A stretch of 64,000 bases of DNA, taken from contig OZ242029.1 in the NCBI GenBank assembly GCA_965205015.1, positions 3,328,001-3,392,000 on the forward strand, read 5' to 3'. The first letter of the stretch is position 1. Each line of letters opens with the position of its first letter. A program made the translations under genes and the position numbers. Of the stretch, positions 52,276 to 62,400 are shown in pieces. The notes below the pieces were generated by a model. The model searched no databases. It was not told the origin of the DNA and saw only the letters and a list, made by a program, of their open reading frames with translations. The stretch comes from Candidatus Poribacteria bacterium (lineage in GTDB: Bacteria > Poribacteria > WGA-4E > WGA-3G).

Positions 52276-53109
52276 ATGAGAAGATACTTCTGGGTGCTCA
52301 CGGTTTCTGCATTTTGTGTTTTGACTTTCGATGCGACCGCTCAAGTGACGAAGGGTTTACACTTCTATATGCCGTTTAATGAAGGCAAAGGCGATATTGC
52401 CAAGGATGTCGGTCCGAAAGGATTTGAAGCAGAGCTTCACGACAGCGCGAAATTCGTTGCCAAGGGTAAGGTGGGAAGTGCAATTGAATTTTCGGAGGGT
52501 CCGGCACTGATAATTGATCCAGGTGGTCAGAGCGAACTTTACGTGGAACACCTGACCGTTGCGGTTTGGATACATCCTTTTGAAATATCAAAGATTGGTC
52601 TGGGTGACGGACACGTCTATGGGAATATCTTTTACGACAAATCGGGCACAAGCGACGACAACGTTGAATTTGGACTCGGTAGCGGGGAAGGATTGTATTG
52701 GTATATCAATTCAGGACAGAAGAAGATGGGTCCCTTTAACGGTGCAGATGTTGACACAACACTTTCGCTCCCTAACTTGGGTTTAAAGCCTAAAAACTGG
52801 TATCATGTCGTTGGGACCTTTGACGGAGAGAAAATTCAGATTTACCTTGATGGGGAACTGGCGGGTGAGAAAGATGTGCCAAATAATGGTCCTGTAATGG
52901 TTTGGAATGATAACAACATTGAAATCGGGGGCAGACCTGATACAAACGGCGGTGCGAATCTCTACAAGGGCATGCTTGACGAATTGGCGGTATACGATCG
53001 CGCGTTAACGCCGGAAGAGGTTGTAACGGTCATGAATGCCAAAGATATTCTAACCGTGGACATTGCAGGCAAATTGACAACGACATGGGGTGCGCTCAAA
53101 ATAAAGTAG
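52276..53109 (+). CDS. Secreted LamG-like jellyroll domain protein with C-terminal KLTTTWGxLK motif
   Basis: Signal peptide, WYHVVGTFDG..I.IYLDG, G.LDELAVYDRALT and VDIAGKLTTTWGALK. Confidence 0.85.
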   Translation: MRRYFWVLTVSAFCVLTFDATAQVTKGLHFYMPFNEGKGDIAKDVGPKGFEAELHDSAKFVAKGKVGSAIEFSEGPALIIDPGGQSELYVEHLTVAVWIHPFEISKIGLGDGHVYGNIFYDKSGTSDDNVEFGLGSGEGLYWYINSGQKKMGPFNGADVDTTLSLPNLGLKPKNWYHVVGTFDGEKIQIYLDGELAGEKDVPNNGPVMVWNDNNIEIGGRPDTNGGANLYKGMLDELAVYDRALTPEEVVTVMNAKDILTVDIAGKLTTTWGALKIK

Positions 53110-53122
53110 GCGGGTTTGCCGA

Positions 53123-53554
53123 TTAGGGAATATCGTATTCGAGAATGGGACCTCCTTCCCATTCTCGCCACTCCGTATCGTTTTCGTAGAAATCCGCCAT
53201 CTCCTTCGCTTGTTCGCTTAAAATACGGTCTCTTTCCTCTTTTGGTAATTGCGGAAATCTACGACGTTCACTAAGTGATCCATCAGAAAGTGGATCCACG
53301 GTGTCGTTCAGGAGCTCATCGATTCCTATATTACAAGATGATTCACCGAGCAATTGGGAAGGCTTAACCCCAAGGGCAGAAGCAATCTGATTAAGAACTA
53401 TCGCTGTCGGTTGCAATTCTCCACGTTCATACTTTGACAGCATTTGACTGTTAACTAATCCATCAATTGCAGACGCTAAGTCCCCGAGCGACATACCACG
53501 GATAACTCTAAATCTTTTCAGTTGTTCTCCGAACATGATTACAATATCCTTCAT
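53123..53554 (-). CDS. XRE-family HTH protein with acidic antitoxin-like C-terminus
   Basis: FGEQLKRFR..RGMSL.DLA...LSKYERGELQP....IASALGV. Confidence 0.8.
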   Translation of the reverse strand: MKDIVIMFGEQLKRFRVIRGMSLGDLASAIDGLVNSQMLSKYERGELQPTAIVLNQIASALGVKPSQLLGESSCNIGIDELLNDTVDPLSDGSLSERRRFPQLPKEERDRILSEQAKEMADFYENDTEWREWEGGPILEYDIP

Positions 53555-53556
53555 TT

Positions 53557-54153
53557 TTAGAACGGGATGTCATCAGATTCATCAGGTGTTACAAGCCCTA
53601 GGTCGGTTAGAAACAAGAGGACGCTTTCGATATCATCTTCACTCACGTTCCAACCATACTCTTCGGCCACCTGTTTAACCTTTCCTACTTTACTTTCCCC
53701 TTCCCAACTCACAATGTAATGCACTTTCGCCGCAATGGAAAGTTTGTTAAAGTCCTGGGATATTCCGGGTTTATTGATTGCTTGGAGTGCTTTATACCAT
53801 TTTCGGTACTCAGGCTTTTGCTGAGCGGTTTTCCATATCTTTTCGGCATCATCAGTCAGAGAATAGGTATGCCTCCGAATTTCGCCGAAAGTGTTCCGCT
53901 CAACCGAAGTATTAATAAAAGATTCCGTGACTTCCTTGATGACACCATAGTTTACCAAACCATCTAAATGCTCCGCAACGAAGCTACTATAAGGTCCGTA
54001 ATAGTGTGCGGAGAACCCGAAATTTTCTTTGCACAGTACGCTTAGAAAATAAATTTTCTTTTGAAGGAGAGTTCTCCCTTGTAACTCCTCCCCAGGTTCA
54101 CCTTTGATAACAAGTAGAAGGATGTCAACAATGTGCATGTTATCTCCTTTCAT
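53557..54153 (-). CDS. YwgA-like winged-helix protein ending in DDIPF
   Basis: GRTLLQKKIYFL...F.AHYYGPYS...L..L...G.IKE; ATGA overlap with the HD gene (alternative start 54138). Confidence 0.7.
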   Translation of the reverse strand: MKGDNMHIVDILLLVIKGEPGEELQGRTLLQKKIYFLSVLCKENFGFSAHYYGPYSSFVAEHLDGLVNYGVIKEVTESFINTSVERNTFGEIRRHTYSLTDDAEKIWKTAQQKPEYRKWYKALQAINKPGISQDFNKLSIAAKVHYIVSWEGESKVGKVKQVAEEYGWNVSEDDIESVLLFLTDLGLVTPDESDDIPF

Positions 54154-55532
54154 GAAGAACGCAAAATGTTTTGGATTTCACTTTCCTCTTTGTCTGAAAT
54201 TGTTTGGTGGGGGGCATAAACCTGAATAGCCTCCAAAGCGGAAGTATCGGCGGAATGCCTTACGAAAAACAGTTCACCCGCGTAGGCAGGTAAAGACATG
54301 AGTAAATCTTGATTTTCATCAAAAATCATAATCGCTTCCAAATTTGGAGTCTCGGTCTGACTGACGTAGTTCAGATTCCGGATCGGGGGTTTATTGACAA
54401 TGACATAATCAGCATCAACACGTATATGTGCTGCAATATTTTTTTCACATTGGCGTTTTCGGTCCGGATCCGCTATCATTGCTCGGAGATTCGTACGAAC
54501 CATTTCGTCTTTTTCATCTTTGAATCGGATCTCGGCAATCATTTTGAAGAGTTCTCGATTATAAAGCCGATTGAAAATTACGGACGCTTTCTTTTGATTA
54601 CAATTCCGCAAAAGGTCAACTATTTTTTCATCATGATAGTCGAGGTAGTTTTGGATGAAATCCTTTTTCTTTTTTTCATAATTTTCATCCGAAATTCTAC
54701 CTTTTTTCGGATATTTATAAAGTTTGGTCATTCGCCTATTGCGTCCGTTAATGGCAAGAGTAATCCCTCGAACAATCATCTCATTGGAAATGAGGCTGAC
54801 TCGATGCCAATAGACTTGTTGTGTCATGTGATATCGCGCAAGCATTAATTGTTCAAGGGCATAAATCCCTTTGTTACTAATGGCAAGTGGTGTTTCTTTA
54901 CGGTCTGCAATACAGCAGGATTCAATCAATTTTTCCAGATCATACATCCCATATTTGACCCCGGCGAAATACGAATCGCGTAGGAGGTAGTCCATTTTAT
55001 CCGCGTCTAATTCACCTGAAACGATGTCGCGTTGCCAATCTCGTGTTGGTTTACCCTCGATCATCTCAACTACGAAATTACATTCATCCTCGTTTAGAAT
55101 GTTGCTGATTTCTGGATTGTTTTGAATAATATCAACGGTGATTTTCTCGTGTATTTTTTCAAGAGTTTGTCCTGTATCAGCATCTGCTGGTGCATACCTT
55201 TTCAAAAGGTATTCAGAAACATGACTAAAAGGGCCGTGTCCGACATCATGAAGCAATGCCGCAAGCCGAACCCGGTCTATATCTTCCTCGGTTACTCTTG
55301 TCGGATTTAACTCCCGAAGTCTCTGGCAAATTCGTCCAGCAATGTGCATTACACCAATTGAATGATCGAAGCGGGTATGCATGGCACCCGGATACACCAA
55401 AAACGTCATCGCCAATTGCCGGATCCGACGAAGCCGTTGAAATACCTTTGTGTCGATCAAATCTCTTTCTTTTTTAGAAAGTTTGATAAACCCGTGAATG
55501 GGGTCTCTCATTTCGTGAGGTCGTTCTGTCAT
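54150..55532 (-). CDS. HD-domain phosphohydrolase, SAMHD1/YwfO (COG1078) dNTP triphosphohydrolase-like
   Basis: RDPIHG, FQRLRRIRQL, VYPGAMHTRFDHSIG, ALLHDVGHGPFSH, DADKMDYLLRDS and VYWH. Confidence 0.88.
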   Translation of the reverse strand: MTERPHEMRDPIHGFIKLSKKERDLIDTKVFQRLRRIRQLAMTFLVYPGAMHTRFDHSIGVMHIAGRICQRLRELNPTRVTEEDIDRVRLAALLHDVGHGPFSHVSEYLLKRYAPADADTGQTLEKIHEKITVDIIQNNPEISNILNEDECNFVVEMIEGKPTRDWQRDIVSGELDADKMDYLLRDSYFAGVKYGMYDLEKLIESCCIADRKETPLAISNKGIYALEQLMLARYHMTQQVYWHRVSLISNEMIVRGITLAINGRNRRMTKLYKYPKKGRISDENYEKKKKDFIQNYLDYHDEKIVDLLRNCNQKKASVIFNRLYNRELFKMIAEIRFKDEKDEMVRTNLRAMIADPDRKRQCEKNIAAHIRVDADYVIVNKPPIRNLNYVSQTETPNLEAIMIFDENQDLLMSLPAYAGELFFVRHSADTSALEAIQVYAPHQTISDKEESEIQNILRSS

Positions 55533-55539
55533 TGTTATA

Positions 55540-55568
55540 ATTATACCATTGTCTGTTGAGTAATGCAA
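55540..55568 (-). promoter_or_regulatory. Promoter of the HD-YwgA-XRE unit (likely leaderless transcript)
   Basis: TTGCAT-17 nt-TATAAT with an extended TG, ending 7 nt before ATG 55532; no SD. Confidence 0.5.
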
Positions 55569-55675
55569 ATTAATTTTCGGTAAAATCTATTCAAAGGCTT
55601 AGAGTCCTTAAGCCTATGTAATACATATAATAAAGCATAGCCCTTCAGTCGTCAAGGGAAAAATGCTAACTCACC

Positions 55676-58483
55676 TTACACATCCATCCCCGCATCCCGA
55701 TAGGTCTGCTCAATTAATGCAATTTCTTCTGTGGATAACCCATACAGCCGATACACCAGCGCATCAATCTCCTTTTCAAGAACAGGCACTCTATCATTCT
55801 CAGGATCAGCCAAAATCTGCTCTACCAAACTGGAGAGTTCTACTTTTAGTTCTGGAGTCCTGTCGGCTACTGGTACTTTCTCCATATATTGCACAAAGAA
55901 ACGTAAGCCGCCACCTGTCCATGGATCGTTGAGGCTTTGAAATTTATGACGGGCATACCAATCAAAAATCCGACTGTTCAAAATTGCAAGTAGCGATAAA
56001 TCGTCGGTTGGTAAAATATAGGCTGTCTGTAAGCAAAAAGCCTTTGTGGTGTCATAACAAGCACGCATAGACGAACCAATATCTGGATATATAATCTTGG
56101 GATTTTCAAAAAGCGTATAGCCGGTGGATGTTTGCGGTTCCCAATAAAACTTTCCACGAGCTTTGCGGCGAGTAAGTTCTTCACGATAACGCGCGAAATG
56201 ACGATGGACTGCTGGATAGGTTGCGGCGAAAAATTCTTCTGCCTGCGATTCGTTTTTTGCGTTCGCCCAGGGCCACTCTCTGTCATTAGTATTTGCTATT
56301 GCTATTAAATACAAATCTTCCCAGTTTGCTTGCCATCTGCGAATATCCCGCCCTCGTAACAAGGGTTTTATAAATTCATGAATCCTCGCATCCTCGATTA
56401 TCAAGCGTCGCCGCGCGACAGAATCTATAATGAAGGCATCATTGTACCCCGTTTTAACCCCAAAATGGAGTTGGGAACGACCAAGGGGTGTTCCAACCTT
56501 TTGCAACTTTCCTAACAATCCAAGTGTCTCTGAGCGCGCGACTGTCCACCCTTCTGAAGATAACTGTGCAGTCCGTATAGGAAACGCTTGATGTTGGAAT
56601 GCTTCACGAATGTTAAAATCGCCTGATGTCTTTCTGAATGTTACAGCACTAACAGTGTGGTTTAAAGTAGGCAAACATTTTTCAATAAGAACAATGCAAG
56701 TATCTACAGCTGCATCAAAAACGGAAACACTTCCAAAATCCAATAGTATCTGAAGCGACATATCTGTTGTTAAGAGTTGTCGGAGTTCTTTACCGTATCC
56801 ACTTCTCAGAAATTTGTTGGTGCAGATATAGGTTAAGATTCCACTATCGCGAAGGAACTCAGTGGCGCGTTTATAGAAATAGACGCTGATGTCCGCTGTA
56901 CTGGTAAAGAAGTCGCCGAATTGAGATTGCAACGCAAGTTTAAGATAGCGAATCTTTTCTTGTCGAATGTAGGGCGGATTGCCAATAGCGATGTCAAATC
57001 CTCCTCTTACACCGAACATCCACACTGGATCAAAAAACTCGGCAGCTGCATTTTGATCATACGGATCCCAAGCGGCGATTTTCTCTGCTTCTTCAAGAAC
57101 ACTGCTTTCTGCTCCTAACCTCCACTGCCTTGCCATTGCTGCCAACGCTTGTGCCAATTCAGCACGACACACTTTCTCCTCCTCAATCAGTTTGAGTTTT
57201 TGTTGACGAGTATTTGTCCTGAAATAGCGTTCGCGGATCCGAGTAATTGACTCACGGTGGACTTCAATATCTTCGGTTTCAAGGAGCAGCTGTGTCTCGT
57301 TTTTGTTTAACCCTATAAGCGTGTTCGCGGCAACAAACTTGACCTCCAAATTCGGGAGTGGACGGATACCGTGGTTGTCATCAGGATTCCCGTTTGACAC
57401 CTGCTCAACGATAAGTGAAATAAAGAAGCGGAGTTTCGCAATCGTAATCGCAATCGGTTGGATGTCTACACCGTAAATGCACTTCTGAATGAGATAGAGT
57501 TTCCTACCATAGTCATTATATCGATTCGCTTCGGAGAAAACATCCTCAATTGCTTCGACAGCACCCCCTCGACTTTCGGAATCAACAATCTTTTCTACCT
57601 GCTGAAGTTGTCGTTGTTTCCAGCGTTCATTCTGAGGGTCCAGTTTTTGGAGAATCAGCACCAGTTTATTGAGAATCCCCATCGGAAACGCGCCGGACCC
57701 GACAGCAGGATCAATAATTTTGAGTTCGTTGATCGCCTGAATCATGAGGGCAATTTCAGTTTCATGAATGAGGTGGTCCTCTGGTTCATCTACTTTGCCT
57801 TGCTGGTCGTAGGCGAGGAGATCTTCACGGAGCCGCGTTTCCAACCATTCTCGTTCATCATCATAAGGGTCAACCTTTTGGAGGAAATAAGCAATAAGTG
57901 CTTCATCTACCATATAATCGACAATCTGACGCGGGGTGTAGTAGGAACCAGTGGTTTTGCGCGCCGTAGATTGCGTTTCAGGATTATACGCACCGAGTAA
58001 ATTTTCAAACACTTGTCCGAGCAGTTCCGGGTCCAGCGCGACCTCTTGTTCAACAGGTGTGTTCTCTTCAACAGTGAACTTATAGCGGTTAAAAAGCGGA
58101 AAGATACCATTTTCTATGTCGAAAAAGAGTTTAGTCGGAACGTAAAGTTGCCGGCGATCATTTTCGTTATCAGTGAAACAATCAATACGCTCCCCACCAG
58201 CACCAGTTGCCTCAAACGTATCAAGGCAGTCGAACAAACCGCCATTCACAAACGGCACTTGCTTGAGATGTTCCAAGAATGCATCGGGATTTTGGAGGAG
58301 ATCTGCGTAACGGTATTTGCTTGCATCGCGATGGGTCCGATTCTGGCGTGTGCTAAAACGGCGTTCGCTTATTGGCGTATTGAGGGTTGCAAAAAAAAGG
58401 TTTTGTAGAATAGCTTGATAATAATCAGACGTTTCTGGATCAAAGCGGGCGAGATGCGTCTGGGCACCGCTTTGCCTCGTCAA
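55676..58483 (-). CDS. Type IIG (Eco57I/TaqI-like) N6-adenine methyltransferase-specificity protein, C-terminal part of a frameshifted gene
   Basis: GSYYTP, IIDPAVGSGAF, IGNPPY and TaqI_C-like TRD. Confidence 0.85.
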   Translation of the reverse strand: MTRQSGAQTHLARFDPETSDYYQAILQNLFFATLNTPISERRFSTRQNRTHRDASKYRYADLLQNPDAFLEHLKQVPFVNGGLFDCLDTFEATGAGGERIDCFTDNENDRRQLYVPTKLFFDIENGIFPLFNRYKFTVEENTPVEQEVALDPELLGQVFENLLGAYNPETQSTARKTTGSYYTPRQIVDYMVDEALIAYFLQKVDPYDDEREWLETRLREDLLAYDQQGKVDEPEDHLIHETEIALMIQAINELKIIDPAVGSGAFPMGILNKLVLILQKLDPQNERWKQRQLQQVEKIVDSESRGGAVEAIEDVFSEANRYNDYGRKLYLIQKCIYGVDIQPIAITIAKLRFFISLIVEQVSNGNPDDNHGIRPLPNLEVKFVAANTLIGLNKNETQLLLETEDIEVHRESITRIRERYFRTNTRQQKLKLIEEEKVCRAELAQALAAMARQWRLGAESSVLEEAEKIAAWDPYDQNAAAEFFDPVWMFGVRGGFDIAIGNPPYIRQEKIRYLKLALQSQFGDFFTSTADISVYFYKRATEFLRDSGILTYICTNKFLRSGYGKELRQLLTTDMSLQILLDFGSVSVFDAAVDTCIVLIEKCLPTLNHTVSAVTFRKTSGDFNIREAFQHQAFPIRTAQLSSEGWTVARSETLGLLGKLQKVGTPLGRSQLHFGVKTGYNDAFIIDSVARRRLIIEDARIHEFIKPLLRGRDIRRWQANWEDLYLIAIANTNDREWPWANAKNESQAEEFFAATYPAVHRHFARYREELTRRKARGKFYWEPQTSTGYTLFENPKIIYPDIGSSMRACYDTTKAFCLQTAYILPTDDLSLLAILNSRIFDWYARHKFQSLNDPWTGGGLRFFVQYMEKVPVADRTPELKVELSSLVEQILADPENDRVPVLEKEIDALVYRLYGLSTEEIALIEQTYRDAGMDV

Positions 58484-58517
58484 GGAATGCTGATCGGTTC
58501 CGTTACGGCAAAATTGC

Positions 58518-59393
58518 TTAATGTATGTGGGGGGGGGGTGATTCGCTTGATGATGTTTCGAAGAGATCGGTTGGGACCAAACCTTTTTCCTTCAGGAACC
58601 AAATAAAAAGCAGACGGGTTATCATTCGGATGATCTGTATATCATTTGCGGCATCCGGGAATCTGCACGCCGCGTTTGCCCACTGATACCATTTCTCAAG
58701 ATCTCGGTAGAAAATTTTATTGAGTGCTTCCGTATTGAGGGTTTTTTCCCACGCCTTGTGGAGCGTCCCAAAGTTACGCACGCCTTCATTTTCAACAAGT
58801 CTTTGGAGATCAAGTTCCGATACGATGTCAATATGGGCGCGTTTCGGTTGATTTAGATCAATGTCTTTGATAAGCGTTACCTTCTCCAACACCCGCTTTG
58901 ACGGGTCCCGCTTGTGCTGGCGACGGTTGATAACTGAAAGCGTCAGAACATCACCATACCGGAATATCACCATAATGGGTTGTGGGATCTGCCTATTGAT
59001 AAAACGGGTGATGTCAGCGAGTTGCGTGCGCGTGTAAGCCTCTTCGGAGAGCCGAACTGCGACAAACATATAGGAAGTCATCAGGGCGTCGTCTATGGTA
59101 GTACTCTCAAAGAGCGACTGTTGAGTTGTTTGGTTAATCTCCCTATTTGTCACCTGAAAGAGGATATGAAAATCTTGCCACTCCTCAATACGAAGTTTTT
59201 GAGAAGGGTTAGCGGTTTCTAATGCGGATGCAATAAGACGGTCAAACCTATCCTGGTCTATGTTGTCGTTTCCGACCCGCTGACTGTAGTAACCAAGGGT
59301 GTTTAGGAGCGCGATCGCTGCTTCTCTGAGTGATTGTGTATCAAAATCTTTCAGGTGAGTTTCAATGTTGCGTCTAATTGTCTTTAAATTCAT
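58518..59393 (-). CDS. N-terminal part of the same type IIG gene, terminated just after a C10 tract
   Basis: Ends ...IRMITRLLFIWFLKEKGLVP...SPPPHIH*. Removing one C joins it in frame to 55676-58483. Confidence 0.8.
   Translation of the reverse strand: MNLKTIRRNIETHLKDFDTQSLREAAIALLNTLGYYSQRVGNDNIDQDRFDRLIASALETANPSQKLRIEEWQDFHILFQVTNREINQTTQQSLFESTTIDDALMTSYMFVAVRLSEEAYTRTQLADITRFINRQIPQPIMVIFRYGDVLTLSVINRRQHKRDPSKRVLEKVTLIKDIDLNQPKRAHIDIVSELDLQRLVENEGVRNFGTLHKAWEKTLNTEALNKIFYRDLEKWYQWANAACRFPDAANDIQIIRMITRLLFIWFLKEKGLVPTDLFETSSSESPPPHIH
58529..58538. repeat. G10/C10 homopolymer at the frameshift
   Basis: atgtatgt-gggggggggg-tgattc; no other G/C run of this length noticed in the window. Confidence 0.9.
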
Positions 59394-59465
59394 CTATATC
59401 CTCTCGTAACGTCCACTGTTAGTTTGCGTGCGCGGCTACTTGCACAAACTGACAGTTTATGCTCC

Positions 59466-62400
59466 TTATTCTTGGGCAATCACAAGCCACGCAATGAGTT
59501 CAAACTCGGTTTTTTCTGTAATCTGACTATCAACAGACGGCAGAAGTGCCTCAGCACTCGCGTCAAGTTGATCGTTAACCTTCCGATTGTACTCCTGGCG
59601 AATTGAATTGAGCGCGGCATCAAGTAGCATCTCATAGATCGTCATATCATTACCATTGTTGGTCTCCTCATTAAACCAGTGGCAAAGATCTTGATTTGGG
59701 TTTATCTTTCCAACACAAAGCTGGCTGAGGCGTTCTAAGATCCGTTTTGGATTGGTAAATCCAATAGAAACTTCCTCTTCATCGCTGATATGGATGAGGT
59801 AGTATGGATGAATGGGATTGAGTTTATCGCCTTCACTATCGTCTTCCGTTTCGTCAATCTGCCTTAAACAGAAGATAACCCCCGGTTTGATATTCACAGG
59901 AATTCCGTCGTGTGTGAGCGGTGCAGTGACGGCATATAAGCCAAGAGAGGCATCTCTGAGTTTCGCTTCATTTTGACGCAGATAATTGAGCAGCTGCGCG
60001 CGGAAATCGTCAAGTGTGAATTGGTTGAGATTCAACTGCTCCTCAATATCATCAAAATCAAGGATTTCGGTTTGCATGCGGCGGAGTTGCTCGTCACGGT
60101 GCGTCCAGACCTGTTCCAAACTATCATCTCTGTTTTCCAACGAGAGTAGGTCATCATCGCCTGTCGCAGTGAGATTAACAAGTGCCATTCGTGCCTCAAC
60201 GCGAGGTTTGAGATTGATGTATTCGTCGAGTTCAGGCGTGGGCCAGAAGTTAATGAGATGAATCTTCTCGTTCTTACTGCCAATGCGGTCAATTCGTCCG
60301 AAACGTTGAATAATACGGACAGGGTTCCAGTGGATGTCGTAATTGATGAGATAATCGCAATCCTGTAGGTTTTGTCCCTCGGAAATACAATCGGTGGCAA
60401 TGAGAAGGTCAATTTCCGAAAGTTCTTCTCCGTCAGTTTCACTCTCTTCCCTCTCTTTGGAGATCGGCGAGAAATTGGTGAGAATTTCGTCAAAGTCATT
60501 TCTTACAAATTCGCTTCTGCTTACACCACCAGTAACAACAGCACTTTCAATATTAAGCGTCTTGGTTCCCCATTCGTGCAGATTATCGTAAAGATAGTTG
60601 GCGGTATCTGCAAATGCAGTAAAGACGAGGACTTTACGATTCTCTTTCCCACATCGATTTTTTGTGGGGTTCTGCACCTTTGTAGTAATCAGCTGCTTGA
60701 GTTGCTCCAATTTGGCATCGCGCTCTGGTGTAATGTTGTTCGCGGTTCCGTAAATTTTATCCAATTGTATTCTATCGTTTCGAAGATCAGCAAGCCAAGC
60801 GTCGAGATCAAGATGTTTATAGAGATAAATCTGATTTTCCCCGGCTTGTATACCGGCCTGTAGGTCCTCGTCCTCAGCGTGTGCTTCTTCAGTCCCCTCA
60901 GCAAACGGATCGAAACCGTCTTTTTTAACGACATCTGTAGTCAAATTCATGAAATCATCAATATCAGCCTCAAGTTCTTTAATGTCTGTAAGAGTACGAT
61001 CCAGGGTTGTTGCAAAGGAGTAGACGCTGCTCTCAAGTCGTTTGAGAAAGTTCACCTTCATCATACCGATAAGATTGAATTCGCGCTGCTGGAGAAGTCT
61101 CTCGCCATAATGGTGACGGCACTCTTTTCGGATATATCTCGACGGATTGAAGATTGCGAGTTGATAACCGTCAATTTGGTGGCTAATCGCTTGGTAGGTC
61201 GGAAATTTTCCTTGCAGATCAATTTCAGGAAAAATAGATTTCGGAGGTTCGCGATCTGGAAACTGACCAACCTCTTCAATCGCATTGTCATAGAAGTTTA
61301 TGACATGGGTTCGGGAACGGGCGATCGTGAGTCGATCCAACAGAGCAAAAAAATCAGCGTTCAGGCTTTCCGCAAGATTTTCCTGTTTTTGAGACTTTTC
61401 AGCCATCTGCTCAGTTTCTGCTGTCCATGTATCAAAACGACTTTGTGCAGCGTTGAGCGTCCCTCTAATGCTTGGAATACCAGTCTGTCTAAAAGCGTCG
61501 TCCTCATCTTCAGTGATTAAACAGATCTGATTCGCAAGGTCAGTAAGTCGATTGTTGACGGGTGTGGCGGAAAGCATAAGCACCTGCGTTTTGCCGCCAC
61601 TCTGGATGACATCTTCCATCAATTTCTCATAGCGGACCCCACGATTTCGGAAGTTGTGGGATTCATCAATAACAACGAGATCATATCCGTCCCATTCGTG
61701 CTGTGCCAAATCAATACCGTTGGCATCCCCATATTCTCGATTCAGATCTGTGTGTGCCAGCACATTGTAACGAAACTTATCGGCTTTCAGTGGATTACGT
61801 CTTCTGCGAAAGTGTATTGGATAAAGCGTCCAGTTCTTTTCTAATTTTTTCGGACACAGGACCAAGACATTTGCATTTCGTAACTCAAAGTATTTGATAA
61901 TCGCGAGTGCCTCGTAGGTTTTGCCCAATCCGACGCTATCAGCGATAATACACCCGTTATATGCCTTGAGCTTCTGGAGGCACGCTTGCACACCGTGCTT
62001 CTGGAAAGCGTAGAGCGTCTGCCAGATTTCTGTCTGCAAGAATGAAGGATTCGCTTCGGCAAACTGCATATCGCTTGCGTCTGTCAAAAAGTCTTCAAAG
62101 AGATGGTAGAGGGTTTTGTAGTAGATGAATTCGGGATCTTTGTCCTGATATGCATTCTCAAGATTCCGTAATACCTCAGCAGTGACATCCACCACTTGAT
62201 CTGACTCCCAGAGATTATCAAACCATGTTTTCAGATCAGCACAGTCGCTTTTGCTGTCGACTTCAAGGTTCAATTCAATGTTGCTTGCTTTTCCACTTAA
62301 TCCCAAACCGCGCACAGTAAAATTTGAGCTCCCGATAATTGCATCTTCGCTATTACCGTTCTCAATATAATACATCTTGCCGTGCAGAAAATTGGATTTA

